From Psammoneis japonica (Eukaryota), in NCBI GenBank assembly GCA_008632985.1, contig QPGO01000078.1:124001-188000 (forward strand): a stretch of DNA of 64,000 nt, given 5' to 3'. This document shows positions 8,395 through 20,300 of the stretch, piece by piece. How positions within the stretch are numbered: the stretch's first letter is position 1; every line of letters begins with the position of its first letter. Position numbers and translations under genes: made by a program. The notes under the pieces were generated by a model, which was not told the origin of the DNA, ran no database searches, and was given only the letters and a program-made list of their open reading frames with translations.

Positions 8395-10374
8395 TTATTT
8401 ACTATGCACGGCGCTGTCGTGATGATGATGATTCTTCTTGTATTGAGAGGCGGGACGCCCAGCTGCTTGTCCCTTGCGTCGCATCATTGAGCGCAATATC
8501 TTCATTTCCTTTTTATCCCGATCCACAACCCATTCGGGGGATTTCTCTATTGTGGCGTTTGTCCTTTTCCCTGAAAATATGCTTGAAACTGTTTTTCGTC
8601 CCGAGGGATCGCCACTGCTACTAGAAGCAGCAGATCTTCGCTTTTTGTCGGCGATCCGATCTGACGATTGATTCTTACTATGAGTGCGTTGTTCGGAGCT
8701 TGGTCGTCTCTGCTTTCGTCCAGAAGGCAGGCTGGCTGTGTCGTTCAAGCCCTCCTTGCGAACGCGACTCGGTTTCACTCTACGGCCTCTATTCATCGAA
8801 GGGAGACTAACCGTTGACCTTTCCACGAGACGTTGGCGAGAGGTGTTGAGGCGATCCGAAAAATCAGCAGAACAGACAGGTCGCCACTCTTGTCTTTCGA
8901 TCAGATCAAGCATGGATTGAGATGAATACAAATTCTTCACCCGCGAGAGGTTTGGTCGGGCTGAAACAGGATTATCGGTGTCTCTTGCTTTTCTCCCTCC
9001 GTCGATCTCCCAGCTTCCTGTCGACCCTACCTTTAGTGATTCAGCGAGTGATTGTGCCTTCTCCAGTACCACGCTCACCTCTGATGAGTCAACTGATTCA
9101 GCACAATCCTTTGCAATGCCATTGCCTTGCATATTCGATTTCACTGATCGATGCTCTTCTGATGGTGCACTTTGCGAGTTAATAACTGCCTCGAGTGGAG
9201 TGGGGTGTGCGGGTTTTGCACCACCCGTGTCCACCTCCTCTGCTTTTTTGATCTGAGAAGTGGCTCCAAGGTTAGGAAAAAACGTTGTCTGGAGATACGT
9301 GTTCTCTTGTTGAGAGGGAAACTCTGGCTCATCTTCATCGCTACTGCTGTCTTCAAAAACGGGGGAATGACGCCTCCATGGCTTTGAAGAATTATAGACA
9401 TCTGCCTCCTCGGGACTGCGGAACTCTACCTCTTCGTCGCTACTATCCTCGTATTCTGAAGAACTCATTTCATCTTCTAACTCCTTCATGCCATTGCCGT
9501 TCATGTTCGAGTTGGGTAAAGCCCCTGTTCTCATCGGCGCATCATCGGATGGTTTGCTGTCTATCATCCTTTCCAATTCTTGTCGCCAAGGATGCGTGTA
9601 GCGTGTTTCTGACTCTTCGGGGCTGAACTGCAACCCATTCACGTTGCTTGCGCTCTCGTGGCGGTTGGGCAATGATTGTGATACTCCTTTTACCACAATC
9701 GGGGCAGCAGACTGCACCGCATGGTCGCTGTGGGCATCAAAAAACTCGTGGTTGTCTGAAGCAATGTCATCGGATGTGTGCTCCATGTCAATGTTTGACG
9801 CAGCATCCTGTGACGTTAGTCTTCTTCCCTGAGAATCGAAATGCCTTTCGTGCTCTGTATCATCCAGTTCGTGCGAATCATGCAGGACATCCGTCGAGCT
9901 ACTTGACTCCTCGGGAATTGTAGCTGGCTTTCGCCCCTCAATGGATTTCTTAACCGCATCTATTGTCGCAGTTTGCTTTTGTATAATATCATTGTAACGG
10001 TCACCGATCATCTGGTTCTTTTTCAAATCCGTTGATATCATGTTCAAGAGCCTAAGTTTGGTATTCACGTCGTTTGTTTTTATTTGTTGCACGTGCTTCT
10101 CGAGAGAACCCAGTATCGACTTGCTGCTTTTGTAGCAGAGCAACAACTGCTTCTCAAGGACTTGCATGACGTGTAGTGATCGACACATTTTGGCATTTTC
10201 AAAAACTGATTCTTCCGTTCCGCCGATGGTTTCTTGAATGCACGATACATAGGGTAGTAGAGAATATTGCAACAAGACGGTTGGGTCACGTGCGGAAACA
10301 AGTTGCTCGTGCCTTCGCTCAAACACCTCGGTGATTCTCGACAGCTCGTCGCTTCCGGATAAAGGCTGAGACAT
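8395..10374 (-). CDS. Hypothetical coiled-coil/acidic disordered protein, paralogue of 17361-22273
   Basis: Long ORF with first ATG at 10374; an upstream exon is possible (ttgcag acceptor ~10380). Shares MCRSLHxMxxLExQL, EFxSPEEADVxxxxxPWRR and SSQxxxxxIExQxW with the 17.4-22.3 kb gene. Confidence 0.75.
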   Translation of the reverse strand: MSQPLSGSDELSRITEVFERRHEQLVSARDPTVLLQYSLLPYVSCIQETIGGTEESVFENAKMCRSLHVMQVLEKQLLLCYKSSKSILGSLEKHVQQIKTNDVNTKLRLLNMISTDLKKNQMIGDRYNDIIQKQTATIDAVKKSIEGRKPATIPEESSSSTDVLHDSHELDDTEHERHFDSQGRRLTSQDAASNIDMEHTSDDIASDNHEFFDAHSDHAVQSAAPIVVKGVSQSLPNRHESASNVNGLQFSPEESETRYTHPWRQELERMIDSKPSDDAPMRTGALPNSNMNGNGMKELEDEMSSSEYEDSSDEEVEFRSPEEADVYNSSKPWRRHSPVFEDSSSDEDEPEFPSQQENTYLQTTFFPNLGATSQIKKAEEVDTGGAKPAHPTPLEAVINSQSAPSEEHRSVKSNMQGNGIAKDCAESVDSSEVSVVLEKAQSLAESLKVGSTGSWEIDGGRKARDTDNPVSARPNLSRVKNLYSSQSMLDLIERQEWRPVCSADFSDRLNTSRQRLVERSTVSLPSMNRGRRVKPSRVRKEGLNDTASLPSGRKQRRPSSEQRTHSKNQSSDRIADKKRRSAASSSSGDPSGRKTVSSIFSGKRTNATIEKSPEWVVDRDKKEMKILRSMMRRKGQAAGRPASQYKKNHHHHDSAVHSK

Positions 10375-10706
10375 TGGCTCTGCAAGTTTGTATGTTTGCC
10401 AATGAATCAAACTCTGTCTTTCATGTTACACATAGCCCTACAAATTGTTTTGTTCGCCCTTTTCTTTTTGTGTCGTGTCATGTTGTGTGCTCATCGCTCA
10501 ACGAACAACGAACTGGGAATTCGATGAATGATATGCTTTAAGCAATGAATATATGAATGTTTATTTCGAACTAATAAGCTTTTAATAACTATTTTTAATA
10601 CAAAATTAATCCAACATCCATGCTCTATTAATTAAATAATCGATACTTCGCAAAAAGACGTCAACTTCGTTTTCCTATTGCGCGGCTTACGCGCGTCGTC
10701 CGTCTC

Positions 10707-11290
10707 GTATCGGTCGACGTACATACGACGGCTAGTCGCTCACATTATTTTGATTTCCAAATCCATGATTCCGCCGTCCAGGTCGCTGAGGCCTGGCTTT
10801 TCGTCAAAGTCTATTCTACCCAAGAGACGGCTTGTTCGATCAATCACCTTTGCTGTTGCACTCCCAAAGAGCCAAATATAAAGAGCTTGGTCAATGAGAG
10901 ACTCACTCCAAAGAACCAACAAGAAGAGATTGGCTGCTGAAATGTCGCAACATCAAGAGAGAAGCTGCAAACATGTGCACAATGACTGATGAACTTTGCC
11001 AGGATGGGCTGTGGTCTGTGTGCAGTCCACCACTCTGTGAAGCACCACTGCAAGCACAGCACCCAGAACAATGGGGCTCCTTCCACACAGCACACACCTG
11101 ATGTGCTCCAGTGGCTGCACAGCACACTCGCTCGATGCAACCGAGCTGGAGGCCACAGCTGCAAATGCAACAAATCATCCAGCCCCTCAATGTGCCACTC
11201 TGCTGCCACACCATCACTCACAGTGGGAGACAATTGGAGATGGAAACAGAAAGGTGGTGGGGACAAGCCCTCATGGCCACCACACCAACC
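10707..11290 (-). pseudogene. Partial copy of the 3' end of the membrane-protein gene (15740-16200)
   Basis: 10707-10900 is nearly identical to 15738-15930 (SLIDQALYIWLFGSATAKVIDRTSRLLGRIDFDEK); beyond ~10900 the copy is CpG/TpA-eroded. Confidence 0.85.
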
Positions 11291-11338
11291 AGTGCACAGT
11301 CACCCAGCCAGCGCAACAAGGGGAGGAGGAGCACACAG

Positions 11339-12310
11339 AGAGAACATTGCAACAAGATGGTTGGGTCATGGGCACAAATGAGTCACTCATGCCTCTGCTC
11401 AAACACCTCAGTGATTCTCCACATCTTGTTGCTTCCAGACAAAGACTGAGGCATGGCTCTGCAACTTTGCACATTTGCCAAGATGAGTCAAATGATGTGT
11501 CGTCTGTCATGCTGCACATGCAATTCCACCTTCTCTTTGTGTGTTCGTGTTGTGTCATGTTGTGTCTTTGCCTGTGGCTCAATGAACTGAGAATTTGACA
11601 AACAACATCAAAAGTTGTGCAAAATTTTAAACACTGCAAATCACACATCTCTGAACAGCTGCAAATGTGATTGAACCAACGCAATCTGACAACTTTAAAT
11701 TGTTGGAAAACAATCAACACTCATCAAAAAATGTGAACTTCATCTCATGTTGCACGACTCATGCACATCATGCATCTTGTGTCAGTTGATGCACAGACAA
11801 CCAGACTGCCTCACATCTGTCTCCAAATCCATGATTCCACTGCCCATGTTGCTGAGGCCCAGCTTTGCATCAAAGTCGTCTGTTCTTCCCAAGATGTGGC
11901 TTGTTTGATCAATTGCCTTTGCCGCTGCACTCCCAAAGAGCCAAATGTAAAGAGCTTGGTCAGCAGACTTGCTCTAAAAAAATTGGCTGAAACATCATGA
12001 GAGAAGATGCAAGCATGTGCACATTGACTGGTGAACTTTTCAAGTCAAATGCACAAGCCAGACTGTGGTCAATGTGCAGTCCAAAGAAGCGCCACTGCAA
12101 GCACAGCACACCCAGAATGACATGGCTCCTTCCACACACCTGATGTGCTCCAGCGCAACACACTCAACAAGACCAAACTGGCACAGCTGCAAATGCAACA
12201 AATTGCCCAGTCCTCAACAGAGCACTCTTCTGCCACACCACCACTCACAATGGGAGACAATTGGAGGCAGAAAGCAAAAAGGTGGTGGGGACAAGCCCTC
12301 CACACCTGCC
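11339..12310 (-). pseudogene. Decayed tandem duplicate of ~10260-11290 (5' end of the coiled-coil gene plus membrane-gene fragment)
   Basis: 11341 agaacattgcaacaagatggttgggtcatg matches 10261 agaatattgcaacaagacggttgggtcacg. 11926 tgcactcccaaagagccaaatgtaaagagc matches 10857/15887 tgcactcccaaagagccaaatataaagagc. Confidence 0.85.
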
Positions 12311-13511
12311 AGTGTGCGCAGCCACCAAACTCAACAAGGAAAGACCCCTCATTTCCACTGCAGCTCTGGGGCTGATGAGAGTTCTTTCAATGCACCTTGC
12401 TCATGCTTGACATTGCCTCATTCAAAGTTGGCACCCACACAACAGCCAGCAAGCACTGTCCATCCATGGCACATGTCAGATCAAGAAGTTTCAGCAAATG
12501 CTGAGTCGGTGCTCATTGGATCAATGGTGGGGTGCCAGTCTCAGAGTCCAGTTCAGTCACAAATTGCATTGATTGGGCCAAGGTCAATGCAGTCAGCAGA
12601 GCAAGGCTTTCATGGCACATTCTGTCTGTTTTCCACAGTGCAAGTGCCCTGCATTGGCATTGTGCGGATGCACATCAGGAACGCTCGAGAGGGATCCTCT
12701 GCAAAAAAGTGCTGAGGTGTTCTGAATGGTTTCTTTGTGGTGTGAATGAATGCTTGTTACCGATTGTTGGTCCAGTTGGTCGGTTTGCACCTGGGTGGTT
12801 GTCAGTTCTTTGACTTGTTTCTTTGGTTTTAGCCACAAAGTGCTGCTGCGACTAGAGGCCTCTGGAGTTGGGGCAGTGCTCGCACACCTCCAGTGTGGGA
12901 GTACAATAGAACGTCTTCTTATAATCTGTGAAGAAATCTAGACCCTTGTGTTTAGCATAAACTCGAAGAAGCAGGGTCAACTCTTTTCCACCTCGGAGAC
13001 CAGCCGCCAGCTAGTAGAGCGAGAGAATAAAGTGGGAAACGCGCATGCATGCAGGCACAAAGAATTCTCAAGTCATCACTGCTGCAATAAGACCAGAAAC
13101 ATTTGAAGGAACTGTTAAAGCTCTCAGTTGCGCACGATCTGCAATTACTGCACTGAGTTTTTACTGGAGAGGCAAGAGATGATCTTTCCGCAACTCATAA
13201 AGTGGCTCCAAAACTTGTCGTCTCAATTGTTGTCTGCCGTGCTTGCTTGTTGCTGCTGAGTTGCAAATGCAGGTAAAAATTTCATTGACGACAACGAGGC
13301 AATGTCCGTCGGTTCCTATTTGATCCTCTTCCAGTAGCACTTGTGTCATAGGACATTCCATTGCTTTCTGATATCTCCATTGATCTTGCTACTGCCCCTC
13401 TGAATGAACTTGGGATGCGCCTACCCGTTTCTGAGTCCAGCAGGTAGAGCCACCACAAACAAGAGTCCATTTGTTGCCGGGCTAATCTTGAACAACCTGC
13501 CGGCAAAATAA

Positions 13512-15689
13512 TCATAGCTGGGCGTCCGAGTACTTTTGATCGGGAACACTGTAGCGAAGACAACCGCAGAACCATTTCGCAAAGCGTGTGGCCGACAGAT
13601 CTTTACCTTTACTATCGAAAGCGTGTTGATTTAGGAAACGCAAGAACGCAGGTGGATCTTGTTGGAGCTCCCAGTAGGGCTGCCACTTGACATCGGGAAG
13701 TGACTCATTGAAAAGTATGGGATACAATCGGACACAAAAGTTTGATTCTCCCTTGGGAAGCTCAGTCCACGCTTGACGACAACGTCTGAAAAATGACGCA
13801 AAGATATTAGTTGTATCCAGAGAACACATGCAGAGACTAACAAAGGTCAGATCGGCTCCTGAAGTACAGTCTAGGTGTTGGTGTCGAAGGATTTCAGTAA
13901 CCAAACGCCCCAAGTTGAAGTCTTCCTTATCTGGGCCTACGAAGCACCATTGCTGCAGGAGTACCTGGCAGACTGTGGAAGCTATTTTGCTACAGCTGCA
14001 CACCACATCCAAGTTCTCGAGACTGATGCCCTTATTTACAGCATCCACTAGGACATTGCCCATTGTTTGACGCACAAAGAGAGACAGCTCACAGGCCGCT
14101 TCACCTAGGGACTCAACGGTAGCCAACACGTCACAGCCGGGGTCCTTCCACGCCACAGCTAAACGCTCAATTTCTTGCGCTTTCTCTAGCAGAATATCTT
14201 CGTAACCGTAGCACCATTTGGAGCGATCTTTCAATACAGCTGGAGCCTCGCCCCAGTGGTCGCCAAACAGAGGCATCGACAGGTACCCCGGCATGGCGCG
14301 TCGGTCCTCTCTCCCGATGTCAGCCGAAGAGAAGGACTGGACGAAAGAGTCGCATTCAATGACACACCAAGCTCGACTGTCATAGGCATCGTTGTCAAAG
14401 CGAAGAGATATGGTAATGGAAGCGTTAGCCAAATGTTCCAGGTTGTTCAAGGCTTGACGGAATTCCAAATCTTCCGAGGGAGTGCGGACAACATTTGCCA
14501 GATTTTGTGGCAAACAGCAAAAGTCGTAGAAAATGGCAATTCGAGAAAGTAGACTGTTGGGGTCTTTCGACATGGATGCCAGGACGTCGCCAAAGACGTT
14601 TTGCCGTTTCATTTCCGCAATGAGAAGCCGGACCAGATAGGCAGCCTGGATAGTACCCTCCACCAAGAGAGTTGGGATGTATTGCAGGCGTGTGTCACTT
14701 TCACTCTCATCATTATAAGTCATGGCTGCTAAGAGTTTGACGACTTGCAACAACAATCGCTTCACAGAGAGAAGCTGGCGTCCCGATGGGTCAGGATGGC
14801 TGGGATCTTCCCACACGTGCGACACAAACAGGATCAATAGTGGCTGTTGAACTTGCGCGATAGACAGCAATTCATCTTCTTGCTGTTCTTCCTGTGGCAT
14901 CAACTCTTGGCACACCACGAATTTCGTCATGTCTAGAATCGACTTTGCTGTGAGGAGGCGAGGGAATCGTTGTGCCACTGTTGGCCAATCCATGTATTCG
15001 GTGTTGACACTTTGCGTTCCAACCAGAATTGGCGTAGACCACTCGTGTCCTTGCGACAACTGCTGGGAGGAAGCTTCCGTCAAGTAGTACGGACACAGGA
15101 TTTTGCTGCATTCCAGGACGTGTGCCACGGTTAGATTGTCGTCGGTTTGACTTTTCAGGATTTTGAGGAGCCCTGGTGTGTATTTGACAAAAGCTATACA
15201 GGCTAGCTTCACGGTTTCCCACACGGACTCTGTCAATTCATTTTCTGCCATCGTAATAGGAAAGATTTGCTGCTGACAGAAAGACAGGGTCAACGAATAA
15301 TCTGACTCGTCGCTATTGTCGTCTAGTAGTTGGAGTCGACCTTTAGTATCGGGTTGGCAATTCACAACCTCTAGGTACTCGGACAACCGTGGGTGGTTTC
15401 GACCAACCGACCCGTTCTCCTCTGGAGTGAGGGTAGGGAGCGCCAGGAAAGACACGATACGGCACAGACGCTCCTCGTCATTGGGATGACTACTGGTGGA
15501 TCCTACAGTGAATCGTACATGATAACCATAGGGCAGCAGTTGTTTTCGAAATTCCAACGACTGATGAATTCTACCAAGGTCATCGGTTCGTTGTGTTTGC
15601 TCAAAGGAAATCCTCTTCTGGTGCAGAAGGTTCTTGACAACTCGAAACAAAGAAGCAGATGTGGGTTCGGCTGAAAGATGGTCCGACAT
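13512..15689 (-). CDS. Protein with HET (TIR-like) domain
   Basis: Long ORF with probable ATG at 15689 (MSDHLSAEP). Motifs LFVSHVWEDPSHPDPSGRQL, IFYDFCCLPQ and YDSRAWCVIE match the SHxW / DxxCxxQ / RxWCxxE pattern of HET-like domains. Confidence 0.7.
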   Translation of the reverse strand: MSDHLSAEPTSASLFRVVKNLLHQKRISFEQTQRTDDLGRIHQSLEFRKQLLPYGYHVRFTVGSTSSHPNDEERLCRIVSFLALPTLTPEENGSVGRNHPRLSEYLEVVNCQPDTKGRLQLLDDNSDESDYSLTLSFCQQQIFPITMAENELTESVWETVKLACIAFVKYTPGLLKILKSQTDDNLTVAHVLECSKILCPYYLTEASSQQLSQGHEWSTPILVGTQSVNTEYMDWPTVAQRFPRLLTAKSILDMTKFVVCQELMPQEEQQEDELLSIAQVQQPLLILFVSHVWEDPSHPDPSGRQLLSVKRLLLQVVKLLAAMTYNDESESDTRLQYIPTLLVEGTIQAAYLVRLLIAEMKRQNVFGDVLASMSKDPNSLLSRIAIFYDFCCLPQNLANVVRTPSEDLEFRQALNNLEHLANASITISLRFDNDAYDSRAWCVIECDSFVQSFSSADIGREDRRAMPGYLSMPLFGDHWGEAPAVLKDRSKWCYGYEDILLEKAQEIERLAVAWKDPGCDVLATVESLGEAACELSLFVRQTMGNVLVDAVNKGISLENLDVVCSCSKIASTVCQVLLQQWCFVGPDKEDFNLGRLVTEILRHQHLDCTSGADLTFVSLCMCSLDTTNIFASFFRRCRQAWTELPKGESNFCVRLYPILFNESLPDVKWQPYWELQQDPPAFLRFLNQHAFDSKGKDLSATRFAKWFCGCLRYSVPDQKYSDAQL

Positions 15690-15793
15690 CGTCGTCGTCG
15701 GTTTATAGTTTATAGCGTATAACTGAGAACAACACCATGTATCGGTCGACGTACATACGACGACTACGCTCACATTTTGGTCCAAATCAATGA

Positions 15794-17098
15794 TTAGATT
15801 CCGCCGTCCAGGTCGCTGAGGCCTAGCTTTTCGTCAAAGTCTATTCTACCCAAGAGACGGCTTGTTCGATCAATCACCTTTGCTGTTGCACTCCCAAAGA
15901 GCCAAATATAAAGAGCTTGGTCAATGAGACTCGTTCCAAAGATTGATTGAAACGTTGCGAGAGAAGCCGCAAACATGTGCACAGAATAGAGAGCAGTCTC
16001 AAAGACAAGAAAACTAGTGAATTTTTCAAGTCCAATACCGGGATAGACAGTGGTCAATGTGCAGTCCATGGCTGTGTGAAGCGCCACTGCAAGTAGGGAA
16101 CCCAGAACAAGCGGGCTGTACACCTGATCCTGCGCAATGTACTCGCCGACCGAGCCGGCAACAATTGTAAAAGCAACAAATGATCTCGTAAATGACACCG
16201 CCAAGTGTGTTGCCTGCTGATGAGCAGGAGGGCGATACTGTCGTATGGTTTGGATGATGCCACCAAGGTCGTCGGAAGTATCCGGTGGCGAATGCTGATT
16301 TGGGGGCACTTCTCGAAAGCTTGCTTTTCGGAGGTAGTGAGCGAGATAAATTCCAAAGAACATTGTGATTTCCGCAAACACAAGAATTGTAATTCCTTTT
16401 GATCCAGTTGGATTGACGAGAGTCGTAATGACATCCGCAGGAACACAGACGGCCGTCATTAGGTTGACGAGAGCTTGCGCGTCTAGCAAAGTCGAGGCTC
16501 TCGCCAATTTGTAGCATCCGGCATATATCATGAGCTGACTTGCAGTGTTAAACACTCCCAGTGCTTGAATACCACCTTCGGAAAGACCAAAGAAGTCCAG
16601 TGGTGGATTAAAGTACAGCACTTGAGAAGAAGTATAAACATACCACCAAAGGGTTCCAGCGACAACCCAAGCCAGGTGCCTGTCCGCATTGTCATCTGGC
16701 ACCGTATAGTGCGTCACATTGATTTCTCTTGAGCCGTTCGAGATCTTCACATCTTGTTCCATTTCCATTATTGGAGACTTTTCTTTGTTTTTAATCATTA
16801 TATCCTTCGATGACGTCGACGAGAGGGTCGTTCTCTGAAACTTTGTGACTGACGATATACGACTTGGAACGACATTAAGAGGATTCCACATGTTTCCGAA
16901 TGTCTTCCGATTAGCAGCGAAGTTGGCTAGCGGCCTTAAAGGGAAATGAATTATCTCTACCGGTAGAGAACCGCTATGGGTACTTCTAAGCTGAAAGCCC
17001 GCGATACGCGTTACGTTGGTGTTGCGGTTTCGAACAAAAATTCCCGCCGACATGACGTCATCACTCGCCCACACAGTTAGTGCGTGAGAAACGATCAA
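15794..17098 (-). CDS. Multi-pass membrane protein of unknown function (true start probably a downstream ATG)
   Basis: 434-aa ORF with several hydrophobic segments (LAWVVAGTLWWYVY, ITILVFAEITMFFGIYLA, LVLGSLLAVALH); normal dinucleotide content. Confidence 0.75.
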   Translation of the reverse strand: MIVSHALTVWASDDVMSAGIFVRNRNTNVTRIAGFQLRSTHSGSLPVEIIHFPLRPLANFAANRKTFGNMWNPLNVVPSRISSVTKFQRTTLSSTSSKDIMIKNKEKSPIMEMEQDVKISNGSREINVTHYTVPDDNADRHLAWVVAGTLWWYVYTSSQVLYFNPPLDFFGLSEGGIQALGVFNTASQLMIYAGCYKLARASTLLDAQALVNLMTAVCVPADVITTLVNPTGSKGITILVFAEITMFFGIYLAHYLRKASFREVPPNQHSPPDTSDDLGGIIQTIRQYRPPAHQQATHLAVSFTRSFVAFTIVAGSVGEYIAQDQVYSPLVLGSLLAVALHTAMDCTLTTVYPGIGLEKFTSFLVFETALYSVHMFAASLATFQSIFGTSLIDQALYIWLFGSATAKVIDRTSRLLGRIDFDEKLGLSDLDGGI

Positions 17099-17360
17099 TG
17101 CTCTAAAGTAAGTTGTGCTGTTCGATTTGATTCAAAGCGTTAGTTAGTTGCGTTCTAACCACGGAAAGGGATCAGCTAAACAGGACTCTAGCTAGAGTAG
17201 GGCCCTAGCTTGCAGGAGAATGGTTTCTATTTGTCTCTAGAGTCGCCTTCACATGTGTTGTTGGAGTGAGGCCACCGCACTCTCTAGTAGACAATGAATT
17301 CAAAACTCAACCCCTGAAAGTTGTCTCGCTAGTTGTATCATGTTACTTTTATGGCATCAT

Positions 17361-20300
17361 TCAAAACCTGGTACCGCAGACTGACTCTGCGTCCAGCAAA
17401 GCACTGATTCTGTGCTTTGTGAGTGGCTGAATGCGACCTTGTCCCCGATCGATTTCCCAGCCTTCGTCATCTTCCATTGCATGCTTTGTGAGTTCAGGTG
17501 AATACCAATTCTGTTTCTCGATTTCCAAAATAAGAGCCTGACTGGACATGGACTTCAAAAAGGTAGGTCGTCCGTTAATCGAGCTAATCATACTTCGACT
17601 GCTTTGTGGAATAGAGGGAATACTGTCCGAACGGGATTTACGACTACCATTGCTCTGGGTGTCATTTCTTCCTCTCACTTGCCCGTGTCGTGGAGATGGG
17701 TTGACGTTTTCGGCTTGGAATGAGTCATTTCTTTCATTTGGACCAGACTTCGCATTATCATGCCGTTTGATCAGATTCTCATTCCGAGGCGGTCTAGAAA
17801 CGGGCTCGCTGTCATCGTGATCGATCCTATTTCGGTGGTTGTCAGTGTGAGAGGGGCGCTCCATTTGATCCCGATATTTCCTACTGTTTGGGCCGTCATA
17901 GGGAGCAGCCTGTACTGATCTGCCCCGTTGTGGTACATTCGAGGATGGCTCATGTTTTGGTGAAGGAGATCTCTTTACACTTGCGGTAGTGTTAGAAAAT
18001 CGTTGGGTTGCATCTCGGGTTAACCGTCGCATATTCGCAACCGATCGAGGAGAATAATCCTCGTCTTCTTTCTCAATTTTAGCTCCATACGAGTCAGAAG
18101 GCATTATGACCCGCGCAGATTGTCCTGACTCATGTTCTTGACTCGTCAAAACCTCTGATTCTGAGGAGCTGGAAGCAGAATAATCTGACCCCTCTGATGA
18201 AGCCTCTGAAGCATCGTAGGAACTTGTTGACTCGTCATTGCGATATGAAGACGGAGAATTGCTCCTCATTGTAGGCGGCTCGCCGTTTATCTTGTTCGCA
18301 TTACTCCACCGTTCTTCTGTCTCAGTAAGATCACTTCTTTCAACGGGCTCTTCAGAAAAGCCTTCTACAGCTTCCGTCTCATCCTCATCCACAAACGAAT
18401 CAGCTTCATGCCAGCTCCCTTTCCCTTCTGACGAGTCCTCGTCTACCGAAGAACCTTCGTCCCAACTCTCCTCGCTACTTGCAGATTCCTCGTCACTATA
18501 TTCACTCTCACTCCCCCCGCTAAATCGTCTAGAAAACCCATATCCAACCGGTTCCCTCCAAGATTCTTGAAGATCCTCACTATCCGAGTCACTGTGATGT
18601 GATCCGGAATTGTTGAGCAAACTTTTGTTGAAACTGCTCTCTTCGTCGTCCCTACTGTGCTCGTCCCCGTGGCCTTCCTCTTCGTCGTGTCGGTAATCAC
18701 TTGCTTCAAGCCGTTCATCGTTTTCTTCGTATTTATCTTGACTCGGCGACCGCCTCCATGGATTCATGGCTTTAACATCCGCTTCCTCGGGACTCTGAAA
18801 CTCTGCGCCTTCCATCGTCGAGTCCCCGTCATCGGATTCAGAATCTTCGTAGGATGAGTAGTCTTCATCCTCGCTTTCCGACACTTCTTTCTCTGACAGC
18901 ACCGGATCGACGTTGTGATCTTCTTCATCGTTATCGCCGTGAGCAGTCATTGGTGCGTACTTTTCTTTACTGGACGATCTTCTCCACGGATTCTGAGCAC
19001 TAACGTCCGCCTCCTCAGGACTCTGAAATTCCGAATCTTCAACCACCGACTCTCCTTCGTCTGTATCAGACTCTTCATAACCATAATCTTCGTCTTCGCT
19101 TTCCGAGAAATCATTCTCTTCGCCAATATTATCGACATCGTCGTGGTCACTGTCGCTGCTAACGGTGGGTGTCACTGGCTGGTACTTTTCTTTACTCGAT
19201 GATCTCCGCCACGGATTTGGGCATTCACGTTTGCCTCCTCCGGACTTTGGAATTCGGCGTCTTCAACGAATGACTCGCCTTCAACAGAATCAGACTCCTC
19301 GTACTCGCTAGCTTCATTCTCGCTTTCATCAGATTGCTTCTCAGGACTGACAGCCGCCAAATATTGGTCATTGCCGCCCACGTCATTGTTGAAGTCTTCG
19401 GAAGATTTGTCTTGACTTGATGAACGCCTCCAAGGGTTTTGTACAGTAACATCTGCCTCTTCAGGGCTCTGAAATTCAGCGCCATCATCGGAATCATGGT
19501 CATGACTTTGGTCCTCCATTAGCGTTTCAGTGAACTCAGTCTCTTCGTCGTAGTGAATAGATTCCGCGGTGAACTCTGTTTCTTCGTCGTTATGTCTTCG
19601 TCCATCAGTGAAGTCGGTTTGCTTGTCGAAGCTGCCCACACCAGTGAACTCCTTTTCCTTGTCAGGTTTTGGCTCTTCGGTGTATTCTGTTTCTTCATCA
19701 TAATACTTGCGTTCATCGGTGATATCTGTTTGCTCATCAAGGATGCGCTCGTTCGCTAACTCGGTCTCATCGTCATTACTTGTTGACGGCAAGTCGTAGT
19801 ATCTGCGCTCGTCAGTGAAATCCGTTTGCTCGTCAAAGTTGCGCTCGTTGGTGAACTCGGTCTCTTCGTCCTCGTGTCTTGGCGGCTCGGCGTAGTATCT
19901 GCGCTCGTCTGTGAAATCCGTTTGCTCGTCAAAGTTATGCTCTTTGGTGAACTCGGTTTCTTCATCACCAGATTTCGGTTCTTCAGTGTACTCTGTTTCT
20001 TCACCGTTGTACTTGCGTTCATCAGTGAAATCCGTGCTCTCATCAAAATTTTGCTCGTTGGTGAACTCGGTTTCCTCGTCATTGTGTTTGGGTTCCTCTG
20101 TGAACTCTGTCTCTTCGTCATAGTACCTTCGTTCATCAGTAAAGTCTGTCTGTTCGTCAAAGTTGCGCTCGTTGGTGACCTCCGTTTCCTCGTCATCGTG
20201 CTTGGGTTCCTCTGTGAACTCTGTCTCTTCGTCATAATACCTCCGTTCATCGGTGAAATCCGTTTGCTCATCAAAGTTGCGCTCGTTAGTAAACTCGGTT

